A DNA stretch of 64,000 bases from Camelus ferus (GCF_009834535.1 NC_045697.1:103418001-103482000); one strand, 5' to 3'. Counted from the stretch's first letter, positions 1-12,809 are shown. Made by a program: numbers and translations. Notes: generated by a model not told the origin, from the sequence alone.

Positions 1-89
1 TCTGAATTTGGAAGATACATGAATTAGAAGAAGATAGATGAATTCGAAAGCTCACATGCTAGGAGTATGCAGTGACTCGCAGATATTTC

Positions 90-800
90 TAAGGGGAGTG
101 CAAATTGTTTCCAACTTCCTAGGGCAATTTGGCAATGCATATTTAAAGCCTTGAAATTGTTCATCCCCTTTGGCCCAGAAATTCTACTTGCAGGCATTTA
201 TTTTTAAGAAATAGTCATGGAGTTTGCAAAGATCCAGCAACAAGAATATTCATTTCAGTGTTGTTCACAATAACCCAAATTTGTACAGTCTAAATGTTCA
301 AAAATATAAGATGATTTCAATCTATTCTTGACCATGCATTTAGTGGAAGACCACCAAGTTTGTAACAAAATAATGAAGAACAATGAATGATGTCATAAGA
401 TGAAATGAATATGCTGCAGAATGATATTACTGAATTATCACTTTTGGATTAAAAATTTATGCATTAAATACACATATGTGGTGGGGAGAATATAGCTCAG
501 TGGTAGAGTGTGTGCTTAGCAGGTGTGAGGTCCTGGGTTCAATCCCCAGTACCTCCATCAAAAAAACCCCAAAAAACCAAAAAACAAAAACCTAATTATC
601 TCCCCCTAGAGAACAAGACAAAATAAAATATGCATACTATGATTTCAGTGTACATGTAGATAGCACAAGACTGCAAGGAAGTGCATCCAAATATCAATAA
701 TAAACACTTCCGTGTGATGAAATTATTGGTAATTTTAATTTTATTTTTGTTTACTTGTATTATCTTCATTTCTAAATTGGACTATTTAAAACTAATAAAA
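90..800 (+). mobile_element. Old L1 (L1ME-like) 3' region, interrupted by a SINE
   Basis: Degenerate L1M 3'UTR motifs (ggcaatttggcaat...ccctttggcccagaaattctacttgcagg...); boundaries approximate. Confidence 0.6.
483..628 (+). mobile_element. tRNA-derived SINE, camelid Vic-1 type
   Basis: GGGGAG..TATAGCTCAGTGGTAGAG (A box)...GGTTCAATCCC (B box)...ACCTCCAT, A-rich linker, CCTAATTA.CTCCCCC, A tail. Confidence 0.9.
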
Positions 801-1184
801 ACATACTATGATAGGTGAAAACAAGTGTCAGTATGGCTGGGGATGGGACTGGCAAGGAGAGAAAGTTGGGAGATGTAGACAGAAGCTAGAAGAGCCTTGA
901 AGACCAAGCTAAGATAAAAGACAGTTTCTCCATATGCAGAGCATTTTATTAAAGATACATAAAATTGAATGAGTGCTACATAAACCACTGGCACTTTTGT
1001 TAAAAATTGAAGCTAATTTGAATTCCCCTCTCCTCCACCTTAAAAGCCTTCATCAAAGATCACACACTATCAGAGCTGGTGGGCTGAGTGGCCGGGAAGC
1101 TGTGTTTGCTCTGTGGTCACACGGCAGCATCGCCTTCACCAACATCCTTTGTAAGTGCTCGGTGAACCGTAGCTCTTTCCTTAC

Positions 1185-1283
1185 CTGCCTGGGAACGTCT
1201 GTTAGGGACCTGATGGCTTCTCTGTTATTTTAACATTTGTTGCCATTATAATTTAAAATCTTCTTTATATCCAACCTATAATC
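1185..1283 (-). other. Candidate 99-nt non-coding exon
   Basis: Minus strand: ttgttacag|GATTAT...AGGCAG|gtaagg; stops in all three frames. Confidence 0.35.
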
Positions 1284-2291
1284 CTGTAACAAGGTCATCC
1301 AAGAGTTCATTAAGAGGCAGAGCTGTAAAACACTCAGGAAAGTCGGGGACTTTGGAATAGAACTTGGATGTGCTAAATCTCTGTTGAGAAGGCCAAACAA
1401 CTACCATGATGCTCTGTGCTGTTAATTTAAGAGAGAGCACTTCAAAATATTAGAGAAAATACAGGGAAAGTAAAAAGCAATCTTAAAGCAAATATACATT
1501 ACCATGTTTGCAGATTTATGCACTTCAAGATTCATTCCCCCTCCTGCACACACTTTATATTCAGTCCTGTGGGAAAAGCAGGCTTGAATTATGTAAGTTT
1601 TGAATTATATGAGGTCTCCAGGAATACATTCTTTGCATAAAATGTAACCATCTTGTGCAGTGGGGATGGGGTGAGTTGAGAGTGGTGGCAGCAGAATGGA
1701 AGGCAGAGGGGATGTTAGAAAGAGAGTGACAGGAGTTTGGAGATTTTGGAGCTAGGAGGGGGCATTGGAGGGAAGAGAAGATGGGGGCTGGGAGACAATT
1801 GGGAAGGGGCACGAAGGAATGAAAAGTGACTCATATAAAGCACTGGAGGAATCGATTTACATGGATCCCATGGCTTAACTTTCACAACCTGGGAGATACT
1901 ATTTCTTCCTGACAAGAGAGAAAAACAATGGAGACCCCAAAGAGGCTTGCCTGGAAAGACTCCTTTATGTATTTGCCAATTTATTTTTCGTTCTTTTGAT
2001 TGTTCTAAAATGAAAATTTTAGTTATAAAAGTAACACAAGCTTTAAAAAAAATCAGTTTAAATAATAAGGAAGTATTTAACATAGAAAGTGGAAGTCCAC
2101 CATCCAACAACTTCCCTGCCTCCCACAATGGAATTCTGCTCCTTGTAGAAAAGTACTATTAACCATTGAATCACGACCTTCTAGACATTTTTACCCATAC
2201 AAAAGGATCATTCTCTGCCTACTGTTCTGAAAACTACTCCCCCATCCATCCAATCATAGGTTTCAGATGCTGAAACATAAACCACCTTATC

Positions 2292-3295
2292 TTTTTTTTT
2301 GATTAATAAACTTGATCTTTTAGAGGAGTTTTTGGGTCACAGCAGAATTGAGCAGAAAGTACAGAATTCCCATATGACCTCTGTCCCCATATGTGTACAA
2401 CATCTCCCACTGTCTACATTCTGAAGCACAGTGGTCCATTTGTTACAACCCATGAACCTACACTGACACATCATTATCTCTAAAGTCCAAACCTTCTATT
2501 AGGTTTCACTCTTGGTGCTGTACATTTTATGGGTTTGGACAAATGTATAATGACATGCATCCACCATTATATATTATACAGAATAGATTCCCTGCTCAAA
2601 AATTTCTCTGCACTTTGCTTGTTCATCCCTTCCTTCCCCCAGCCCCTGGCAGCCACTGATCTTTTTCCTGTCTCCACAATTTTGACTTTTCCAAAATGTC
2701 ATATAGTTGGAATTACACAATATACAATTTCCCCTGATATCCAAGAGTAGTTCCTATGAAAACTTTTGTAAACCAAAATTGCATAAAGTGAAAAAGCAAC
2801 TGCTGTGGGACACATCCTGTTAATGGAAGCACAAAATAAGTTGAGAAGAAGCACAGATGCTAAGAGACAGTTCAAAACGATGGTGGTTTGATGCCGACGT
2901 GCTGAGTGGGGTTCCCGGGAAGGGGCTTGTTTGCCTTGAAACAAGCATGGAACACTATATTTGCTTTTCCCTTTTTTCCCATAAAAGTGAAAATCCTCTT
3001 TGGATTTCTTTCTGTTAGTGAAAACAGGCACTAAATACGGGTCTTTCATAAAAGCGAAGTGGCATAAAGGGAACTTTCAAAACTGGGAGAGACCTGTACA
3101 ACCTTTTTAAGATTGGCTTCTTTCACTTTGTAATACACATTCGGGTTTCCACCATGTCTTTTCATGACTTGATAGATCATTTCTCTTTCAGTGCTGAATA
3201 ATATTCCATTGTCTGGATGTACCACAGTTTATTTATCCATCCGTCTACTCAAGGACCTCTTGGCTGCTTCCAAGTTTGGGCAATTGTGAATAAAA
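2292..3295 (-). mobile_element. L1MC-type 3' end, split by a Tigger insertion
   Basis: T-rich start then gggtcacagcagaattgagcagaaagtacaga..., typical reverse-complement L1MC 3'UTR; resumes after 3098. Confidence 0.85.
2725..3096. mobile_element. Tigger6-like non-autonomous DNA transposon
   Basis: TA flanks (2723-2724, 3097-3098), degenerate terminal inverted repeats, internal gttcctatgaaaacttt / cataaaagcgaagtggcataaag motifs. Confidence 0.75.
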
Positions 3296-3299
3296 CGGT

Positions 3300-3990
3300 A
3301 GATTTCTGGTTTCTGGTTCCACCTGTAAGGCTCTGCGAAGTGGTCACTCTGACCTAATAACAAGTATAACGCTAAACTGATGAAAAAATCAGCAATTCTT
3401 CTTGGATCTACTAGAGAAGGGAGGACACAGAGCAAACTGCTGCCCTCAAGACTGGAGAGTCAGATAGGCGAAAACAGGGAGTCAGGGTTTACCAGAGCAG
3501 AAACTCGGGAGCAAGTGGAAATCTCAGAAAGAACCAGTGTGAGGGTCGGAAAACGGAATTGTAATTGATGAACAGCTGGAAGCTCAGGTGTTAAAAACTC
3601 CAGGGGCACCCAGTCATGAGGAGGCCCCACAATATTCTGAATTACATCTCCAGGAGCTAAACCAGATTCCCACAGCAAACATCATAGAAAAAATTCCTTC
3701 ATGCTTCTTGCAGAAGGAGGGGAAAAGGAACGGTTTGGAAATAATGCCACAGAGCTCTGTTCTTCTTAACAAGACCTGCCCTCAGGAGAATCTAGCTAAC
3801 CAGAATCTAGTTGCCTGGAGTATTCCCAAAGCCTAACTGACCTGAGGAAGGGAAATACCCCAATCCAGCTCATTCTAGCCATCCTGACACACCTAAGTGG
3901 GGCAAAAAAAACTGAGAAACTCATGAAGTTCACAGTCCAGAGGCAAAGGCTCACTAAAAGACTGAGACCTAATCATAGGACTTTGGAACG
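3300..3990 (+). mobile_element. L1MC-type 5'UTR segment
   Basis: Co-linear similarity to the 5' part (37305-37990) of the long L1 in this window. Confidence 0.8.
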
Positions 3991-3994
3991 CTTC

Positions 3995-4380
3995 TATGTG
4001 TATCTTTATATTTCAAGTGGGTTTCTTGTAGACCACATACAGTTGGGTCTTACTTTTTGATCTGTGCCAACAATTTCTGTCTTAATTGTCGCATTTAGAC
4101 CATTGACATTCAAAGTGATTATAAAGTTGGGTTAATATCCACCATATTGTTATTGTTTTCTGTTTATTGCCCTTGTTCTTTGTTCCTATTTTTGTTTTCC
4201 ACATTTATCCTACTTTTGTAGGTTTAATTGAGCATTTTATATGATTCTATTTATCTCATTTCTTGGCATATTAATTCTCCAATGGATCTCAGAAGAGTTG
4301 TTGGTTTTCCAGATTGTTCAGCTTTTTACTTGTTGGGATGGAGTGGTGACTTCTAATTTTCTAACATGCAGGTTGAGAAA
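3995..4380 (-). mobile_element. L1MC fragments (inter-ORF/ORF2 start fused to 5' end)
   Basis: 3995-4270 resembles the reverse complement of ~39380-39620; 4275-4380 resembles the reverse complement of ~37320-37420. Confidence 0.75.
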
Positions 4381-5559
4381 TGGGATGTCTCCACCTTCTC
4401 CTTTTGAAAATAGCACCGCAGCGTCTCACTTATGGTTGTACCACACTTCAGCCAGTCACCCATTATCGTGGACATTTGTCATTTTTTTTGACACCCGGCT
4501 TCCTTTCCTTGTTCTTGATTGGCACCTTGGATCCTTGGTGCCAGCATGAAATCCTGTGTCCACCTCTCATAAAGAAGTCAGAGGGGCCAATCCTTCCTCT
4601 CCTTGCCCCAGATACCGATGTAGGAGTTCAACCAAGCAGATGTTCTCTGCTGGGATTTTGACCCAAGAGAATTCATTGGAATGAACTGTAGAAGCTCCCT
4701 CATCTAGGCAAGGATGTCCTGATTAAACCGTTTCTGCTACTGGTTCTTGGCTGTGGTTCCTCCTTCCTGGCTCTCAGAATGACCTGAGTTTTCCAACAGG
4801 CACTTCAGGCCCCTGTTGAGCTGCAGGTCTCTGAGAGCCTCTAATAAGTTGGCCAGACCTGATTTCTGTTGATTCTACCCAGGAACCCTAACTTGTGTTC
4901 CCATCTTTTCATGTCATCCACACACACATTTATATGAGAAGTATATTTTGATGGCATATTTGAATAAACCCTAGACCCCCTCTAGCTATCCTGAGAGCTG
5001 AAGGAATCAGCCTCAGCACACCTGCACCCCATCCTTGGCTCATCGATGGATAAGGCCCACAAGGTGGGAGCTCTGCCCTCATTTAAATACCTGTTGATTT
5101 GTATTTAGATTGTTTCCAATTTTGCACTATAAGAAACTATGCTATAATAGGTGTCCTGCAATGTTCCTTTCAATTCTCAATTAATTTAGTGCATTTAAAA
5201 TATTCCCCAAATTTGATCCACTGTGAATTTTCAGGAGTGTTGTTTCTGGTTTATTGTAAATCAGAATGGTATCTATACCTCCTCCCTGGCTCACAGAGAA
5301 TATTCCTACCAGCTGCAGGCAAATGGCCTCTTCGGGTACCCTGTTGGATGATGCCAATTAGGCTGGAAAGGGTTGGACCCTGTCACACAGAGGACTCAAG
5401 TTGCAAGGTTGCTCTGGCTTAACAATCAAAATTCTGCACTTCGTCTGAAAGTTATGAGTGTCTGTCAGAATGTCATAGACTCCTGTGTCCTGTCCCAGTT
5501 GTGACACCTTTGTCGTGCTGTGGCAGAGAAGTAATGGCAACAGCAACGGCCAAGGACTC

Positions 5560-5760
5560 ACTATTTGAGGCACCGTCTGCTCTGGGTGCCACCCCTGTAA
5601 TGCCTCATTTGATTCTCACATCAGCCCTATGAGGAAAATCCTATTATCAGCCCTAATTTACATATGAAGGAACTGAGATAAGTTAATAACTCTCCCACAG
5701 TTACCTGGATAGTAAGCAGTGGGGTTAGGAGTTGAACCCAAAACTGTCTGGTTCCACAGC
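5560..5760 (-). mobile_element. MIR SINE
   Basis: ctcatttgattctcaca..cctatgagg..attatc..atgaaggaactgag MIR core. Confidence 0.8.
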
Positions 5761-6057
5761 CCTCAGGAATAAGTACGTATAAACAGACCTTTAGTTTAGC
5801 ATTTCAGAAACTATCATACCAATTTTACATCTCTCATACATCTAGCTTTAGTAAGTGTTTTCTTTTTTCAATTAAAACATTAGTTGCTATAAAAATAGAA
5901 CAATTTCATTATTTTTAAAAAACTGTGGAAATCATAGGCAAGTATTTACAGGAAAAAAAAAGGAAGGAACATATGTTATAGTAATCCCACTGTTTCAAGA
6001 TAATCACCCTGAACATTTTGATGAAATTCTCATGTGTATGTATATTAGAAATATTAA

Positions 6058-6412
6058 TTTTTTATTTTTAATAGACTTTATTCTTTTAGAGTAGTTTCAG
6101 GTTCACAACAGAATTGAGCAAAAAATACAGAGTTCGCACATAGCCCTCCCCACCCACACATATATACTCCCCTACCCTCAACATCCCTCATCTGTGTGGC
6201 ATATTTGGTAAAATTAATGAAACAATGTGAGCACATTATTATCAAAGTCCATAATTTACATTAGGGTTCACTTTGATTTTGTACATTCTATGGGCTTTGA
6301 CAAATGCATAATGACATGTAGCCACCAATATAGTATCACACGGAATAATTTCATTGCCCTAAAAATCCCTTGTGCTCCATCTTATTCATTCCTCTCTCCC
6401 TCCCTCTCCCCA
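6058..6412 (-). mobile_element. L1MC-type 3' end
   Basis: Same family as 2292-2720 (aatagacttta...aggttcacaacagaattgagc...). Confidence 0.8.
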
Positions 6413-7477
6413 AACATTTATTTTATAAAGTTAAGATATTCTGTACACACAATTTTAGATCTTCTATTATGTAAATTTTTACTATAAAGATTTCATAATA
6501 TTTTAAATAATGTTCAAGACTTGATTTTTAATGGCTACATAATAGCCCACAGATTTGGATGTACTACTATTTATTTAGTCTCTTCCCTTTTGTTGACACT
6601 TAGGTCAATATGGATTCTTTGCAGAAATAACTATTGCTCTGATGAACATCCTTGTGCCTTCAATCCTGATTTTCTGGAACTCAAATCAACTCTGAGAAGA
6701 TCACAAGTGCCTTTTGAGCATGCCAGTCCGTGCATCACTGACAACAAATTCTGGAGTTGGTTAGAGACATCCTGTCAGACCTCTCTGATGAAAACAGAAG
6801 CCATGAGAAAATGAATTGGGAGACAGAGCAAATAGATGTTCACATTTAAACCCTGACGTGTGACCTCCAATGCATTTTCATTACCACCCTTTGTCAACTG
6901 AATTGTGTACGTTAAAGGTGGGTCCAGGGATCAACATGAGTTTAAAGAAAGCATCAGTTATGAATATAGTTCACAATTGATTAATACCACAATTAAATTT
7001 TTTTTCTTTTTCTACTCTGCTCTGCTTTAAATCTTGGAACTTTCTTATCATCATCATCATCCCATAATGTACTCTCCTGTAACTAATGTGACATACTGCA
7101 TTTAAAAAAAAAGACATTTCAATTATGTTTTGGAATAGTTGTGAACTATCAGTTCATGTTTCTAAGAAACATGGCAGAAAGTTATTTTTAAGTTATTATT
7201 ATTTTAGACTCTTAAGAGATCAAAGGCTCCCAAACCCCCAGTTTTGAGTGTGTGTGTATGTGTGTGTGACTGAAAACTATCTAATTTTCCAGACTAATCT
7301 TTGGAGCCTGGTTTACTTACTGATAGAACATCCATTGGTCCCGATTCAATGACATTTATTCACAAATGACCTTCTTCCTTCATAGCAGCTTCTCCAAAGG
7401 AGCATGGAAACCAGCCTCCTCCATCTTCATGCTCTGTGTCTTTTTATTGACATGTTTGTAATACGAGTTCCCTAAAC

Positions 7478-7940
7478 CAGTGTTTCCTAAAGTGTGTTCA
7501 TGGAATACATTTTTTTTTTTTTTGCAAAAAATGAGGCTCCAAATCAGCAGTGTGCAGTAGTGGAAAGTGCTGGCATGGGCACTGGAGTCAGATTTTCCTG
7601 GTCCGCAAAGCATCTCTGCCTCTCATAGGCTTCAATTTTCACATCCTTAAAATGGGGCTAATTGTTCTTTCCTCTTAGCACTATTATGAGGACTCAAGGA
7701 GGTAGTAAATGTATGTGCCATGCTTAACACAGTGCTGAACAAACATTATCTACTATTAATGCTGTAATTAATATAAAAAATGGATTTGGGAAACTCTGGT
7801 TTAAAACTTACCTGCTTGTTTGTACATTGTGAGACTCCTCAGAACCTGTGAAAAGTTTCCCTCAAACTTGACAAGGAAACTCCTTTTAAAGAAGTACTTC
7901 CCAGGACTAATGTTCCAGAAAACCTTTTTGGGAAACACAG
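7478..7940. mobile_element. MER103-like hAT element interrupted by a MIR (~7540-7760)
   Basis: Termini cagtgtttcctaaagtgtgttc...tttgggaaacacag; internal MIR core (tcaattttcacatccttaaaatgggg). Confidence 0.55.
7812..7845 (-). other. Candidate 34-nt micro-exon within the DNA-transposon remnant
   Basis: cttttcacag|GTTCTGAGG...ACAAGCAG|gtaagt; strong consensus at both splice sites. Confidence 0.3.
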
Positions 7941-8414
7941 ACCCCAACAAACACAGTGATGTAGGTCAATACTCTCTTTCCTTCTGCATCCACGTGCCTA
8001 GCTTACGATTACACTTAGAGTGCTCCTCCGGAAACTCGACCTGTTTTGCGCCTTCTTGCCGCAGCTCACATTTTTAAGTAAGTATGTGAGGATGAAGGGG
8101 AAATACTCTGCCTACAAATAAGCCAACGTAAGTGGCTACGTGCACGTACATGCACACATACGCACACACACACCCCTGCACACACAAGCACACTCAGATG
8201 GGCAGGTCCGTTTGCGTAGGGCTAGAATCAGTAAGTTTCTAACTTTGCTTTAATTTATTTCGCAGGTCTGTATGAGGCTGTAGGTTTAGAAACCAACATA
8301 AGCCCTCATAAATATTTTGTTGGGACCAGAATCTCCTAATTATTGATCATATGTTGCCTCTGTGACAGGTGGTAAATGTCCAAGATCCCCTCCACCAACA
8401 CCATTTCAATTACT

Positions 8415-9230
8415 TCTATTTTTAAAAACTTTATATATAATAATTTATATACCGTAAAACTTCAAATACACAATTTGTGAAAATAAATAAAGGAAACTTC
8501 ATTTAAAATAGAGTTGGGAAGCCCTGAAGGGGCGCTCTCATGCCTGTAACACTCACAGCAGCTTACAGACCCCAGCCAGGAAAAAAGGTTTCCTTCTGAC
8601 CCAACAACAAGCTGCCCACCACCTGCAGCCAATGAAGGACCACCCCAGCCCTCCCCAGCTCCCTCCTTCCCTCTATAAAAGCAAGCCCTTCCCCTTTATT
8701 GTCCAGACTTGCCTATGGTTCACCAGAGTTTGCTTGTTCTGAAATACAATTCTCTGCTATTCCCAAATAAACTCATTTTTCTTTTAAAACGACTGGCTCT
8801 TTCGTTTTTCTAAGGTCAACAAATTCAAAGATTTTGTAGTAAATTTACTGAGTTGTGCAACTCCCTGTGTAATCCAGCTTTCATCACCACCAATCTACTT
8901 TCTGCCTCCAGAGATTTGCCTTTTTTGGACATTTCACATAGATGGAATCATACAATATGTAGTCTTTTGTGTTTGGCTTCCTTCAGTGAATGCCCCAAAT
9001 TTTGTTTCATTCACGCATCAATAGTTTGTTCCTTTTTACTGCTAAATGGCATTCTATTATGCAGATATACCATACTTTGTGTATCTATACATCAGTTAAT
9101 GCACTTTTCAGTCATTTCTACTTTTTGGCTGTTACAAATAATGCTGCTATGAACATTTGCTACAAGCCTTTGCATGTATGTAAGCTTTCAGTTCTCTAGG
9201 GTAGATAACTAGGAGTGGAATTGCTGCGTC
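8415..9230 (-). mobile_element. Old L1 (L1MB/MC-like) 3' region, split by an LTR
   Basis: aatctactttctgcctc...ttggacatttcacatagatggaatcatac... L1 3'UTR reverse complement. Confidence 0.75.
8476..8821 (+). mobile_element. ERV1-class solo LTR (MER34-like)
   Basis: TG...CA termini, 4-bp TSD AATT (8472-8475/8822-8825), CCAAT ~8629, TATAAAA ~8674, AATAAA ~8766. Confidence 0.85.
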
Positions 9231-9525
9231 TTAATTACTTCTTATTTGATTTTGGTTAGTGTATGATGGACAAAGAAATCCAGTTATAATAGATCCATTT
9301 CTATCCGATCTACTGAATACAAAGAAATGTTAATGAGGGTAAGGAAGATTAAATTATACATGAAAGAATGCTGATTTCCTAGGGCATGTGACATGATATT
9401 TATTTTCTATCTCTTACCCTCAAAGTGAATTTGCAAAGCTGGCTTTTGAAGGAACCTACAGTAGATTGGGTGACTGTCACTCAGCATCCATTCCAACTTC
9501 CTCTCCTTGTGCCTTCAACAATTAT

Positions 9526-9910
9526 TTAGCGAATAGAGTTCATGAGCAGGTGATTTACTAAGGAGATTCTTCCAGGAAAGACCAATAAAAGTATGGGAGG
9601 AGCAGACAGGGGAGAGAAAGATGCCAAGCAAGGATGGGATCTCAGTAAAGCCCAGCAGAGGGTGGTTTCCACCCGATCCCAGCAGGAAAGTTGTGGTAAG
9701 TAAAGGGTAAGTGATGCTTCATAATCATCTTCCTCCAGGGCAAGGGAGCTGGGTCTCCTATGCCCACAGCTGCCAGTCATTGGTTAAGAGCTGCCCCCAA
9801 GGGGGTGGGAGTTTTCAGGCTTTTCCAGCGCTGGGTTTGTAGGCACTGTGGTAGCTTCACATGCTCACCAGTGAGAGGACCATTCCAACCACCCTGGGAA
9901 AGGGGCTGGG
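9526..9910 (-). mobile_element. ERVL LTR (LTR16/LTR33 group)
   Basis: gcaaggtgatttact..., ggcaagggagctggg, cagtcattggttaagagctg motifs typical of this group. Confidence 0.65.
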
Positions 9911-9944
9911 ATTCCCAGGAATTGGGCCATTGCCCACTCTCTGA

Positions 9945-10170
9945 CCTTTTATGGTCAGCATTGAAGCTGTCATGGTGCCAGTGGGAGTGTCATTTACCAT
10001 GCTAATATTACATTGATCGTGTAATGAAGCTCAAGGTCTACTAGAAGTCAAATCTCCCACCATCGTGAGCCTTATGGTATGCTGGGAGTTGAATCTTCCA
10101 CCATTTTGGTGTTACCTGCTGCATCATTCCTTGAATGCTTGTGCCCTGCCCCCTCCCTCCTGTCTCACAG
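9945..10170. mobile_element. ERV1-like LTR fragment
   Basis: ctgtcatggtgccagtgggagtgtcattt...gctcaaggtctactagaagtc. Confidence 0.45.
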
Positions 10171-11700
10171 GGACTGCGCGGTGGAGAATCTCACATTGCC
10201 CAAGAGACCTCTTCTTTTTCTCCCCAACATCCCCCATCCCAGAGCTTGCTTCCTGTATTTCCCCACTTGATGACATAAATATGTTAAAAGCTTTAACTCT
10301 CAAGGGCTTTTCAAATGCACTGGACTTACTTTTGAATATCCATGGTATCTTGCTAAACCAAAATGCCATCTATCTCTGATGACACTTGGCAGAAGTTTTG
10401 AAGTTCATTTTCCTCCTACTTCTGCAGGATCAATTTCTTTCTTTCTTTTTTTAAGGATCAATGTCTTAGGCAGAGTTTACTGCACCCTATGATGTGTGCA
10501 CTTGAGGGTGGAATGTAGGTGGAGTGGTTCTTGTTCTTGCTGCAGTTGGGGAAAAAAATGAGATGATTTATCCAAGAAAAGAGAAAGCTAAGAAACAATT
10601 TAATAGGCTTCAAATAATTTTTTTTTTTTTAGTATCTTGAGAGAGGAGAGTGGTAGCTCTGATAATCTCAAATTTATGAACAACATTGAAATGCCTATGT
10701 TTGCACACTTCACTTAGCTAATTTTATAATGAGTTTGCATTCACCTGCTCTTGGAGAATATACCAGCTGGGTCAGAAAAGGAGATGGTGCTGTGGTAATG
10801 TGTAGGATGGCAGGCAAACTCAACCTAGGATTAAAAAAAAAAAAGCCACAAAGTGGATAATTAAGAGCTAACTATCCACAAAGAGATATTATATAACCAT
10901 TCTTCAACCCCAGGAAAGACAGAAGTGGGATGAGGGAGGGAGAGAGGTGAGGAGGAAGATAGCAGAGAGGAGGAGCTAGCCGTTCTATTTCTCTATGCTT
11001 ATGGTGCTAGAATTTCCTGCCATCTCTGCTGAGGGTCTTTCCTGTACTTTAGATAAAAGTCACAAAGTCTTCGCACGCTAGTTGGTAGTTGCTTAGTTCC
11101 CTACTGAAACTATGTATCCAGAAGCTCCTGTAGGAGGATCCAGATATATGTAGTGTTCTACTGTAGCCAAGGCCAGTGTTCCTTGGAAAACTTCAATTTC
11201 CACTGTGCTTCTGAGAGCTAAACAGAGACTGAGTGGTCCTGTGCTTCACTTTCTCCTTACCTCCACCCACACATTGTTTTCCTAAGGATGGCAGAGAATG
11301 AAACCACATCCAGAGGAAGAAGAAAAGGAAGATGTTCTGCTGCCCTCCAAGAAGAAGAGCAACAACAACAACATACTCATTACCCCCCCTCCATGCGTCT
11401 GCCTGGTTTATGAGCAATCCAGGGTCTCTCCAGAGTTCAGCTTAGCATGGCCCTGAACTCGACTCCATCCAAGAAAGCAGGTTTTCTAGATTCTAAAGAA
11501 TTTAAGAGACAAAATGAAGATTTCCTTGAGTGAAGGGAAGCAAGGGGGTTAGGTAGGTGGGTGGAGAGGAGGGAGTGTGGGAACCATGATGCACGATGAA
11601 AAAGGCTATTGTCAAGGTCTTAGCTTTGGTTTAAGGTGGCAAGCTCCTAGGTGCTGACGATATTATTACAAAACAATTAACCAAATAAACAGAAGCAGAG

Positions 11701-11947
11701 TTTTTATCTTTTTATTTAATTTTTTTATTGAAGTATAGTCAGTTTACAATGTTAATTTCTGGTGAACAACATAGTGATTCAGTTATACATATATTTTATG
11801 TGTATATATATATATATATGCGTATATATATTTTATGTGTGTGTGTGTGTGTATATATATATATTCCTTTTCAGATTCTTTTTCATTATAGGCTATTACA
11901 AGGTGTTGAATATAGTTCCCTGTGCTACACAGTAGGACCTTGCTGTT
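11701..11947 (-). mobile_element. Cetartiodactyl-type L1 3' end with internal (TA)n(TG)n microsatellite
   Basis: ttgaagtatagtcagtttacaatg...gttccctgtgctacacagtaggaccttg; TSD CAGAAGCAG at 11690 and 11948. Confidence 0.9.
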
Positions 11948-12224
11948 CAGAAGCAGGTTTTGCATGACCTACAATGATGACAGTGTGTCATGAATCAAGA
12001 TTATGGTCAGTGTGATGCTGAGTTCCCGAGAATGAAAGGGGGAAAAGACAGGTTCTGGCTCTCTCCGCTGGCACTATTCCTGGCCCATATTTTTAAACTT
12101 CAGATTATTGAAAGGAATTTAAGAGGGAAGGGAGTGCTGTCGACTGTGGTGGGTGACGCCACGATGAGTTCTATGGCTCTACCTATAATGCAGTCCCTCA
12201 GTCCACGCAGAGTCCGTGGACTTG

Positions 12225-12350
12225 GTATGACACCCATTTCACAGAGGAGAGGACTGGAGCTCAGAGAGATTAGATGGTGTACTCAGGGTCACAGAGTTAG
12301 GAAACGGTGTCGTCTGGTTTGTCACCTGGGTCTGACTCCCGAAGCCTGAG
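12225..12350 (-). mobile_element. MIR fragment
   Basis: cccatttcacagaggagaggactggagctcagagag...agggtcacag. Confidence 0.7.
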
Positions 12351-12809
12351 CTCGCTCTCTGCTGTACGACGCAGCAGGCCAGGGGTCTCACGAAGAGTGA
12401 TGCTGGGTGGGCAGGCAAGCCATCCCTCCTCTCCCAGGGTTCCCAGCCTGGTGCCACGTTTGTGGACAGTGTTTGTCCTTTTATCCTATAATAGGGTGGA
12501 GCAGAGTAATAATGATAACCGTAATCTGCACCATGGACAGCCTCATCATGCCCAGTTTCTCAGAGATCTTTGTTTTGAGTAATTAAACTGCTTTTCCTGG
12601 AAACCAAATTGTATATAAATTTCTGATATTAAACAAATTAAAACCATGCTACATTATCATCTGTTAACCAAAATGTTAAAACAACAACAACAAACAACAA
12701 AACATAACTGCCAATCCCCAGAGCAGGCGGTTGCGAGAAGAAACTATAGCGACACACAAGGCTGGGTACCTAACAAGGGTCAGGTGGCTTCTATGCACAA
12801 GACTCACAG

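Noticed and set aside
483..558. tRNA-like sequence (A and B boxes) here and at 17.9, 19.2, 25.1, 33.9, 56.5 and 60.9 kb
   Set aside because: Multiple diverged copies with A-rich tails and TSDs indicate SINEs, not tRNA genes
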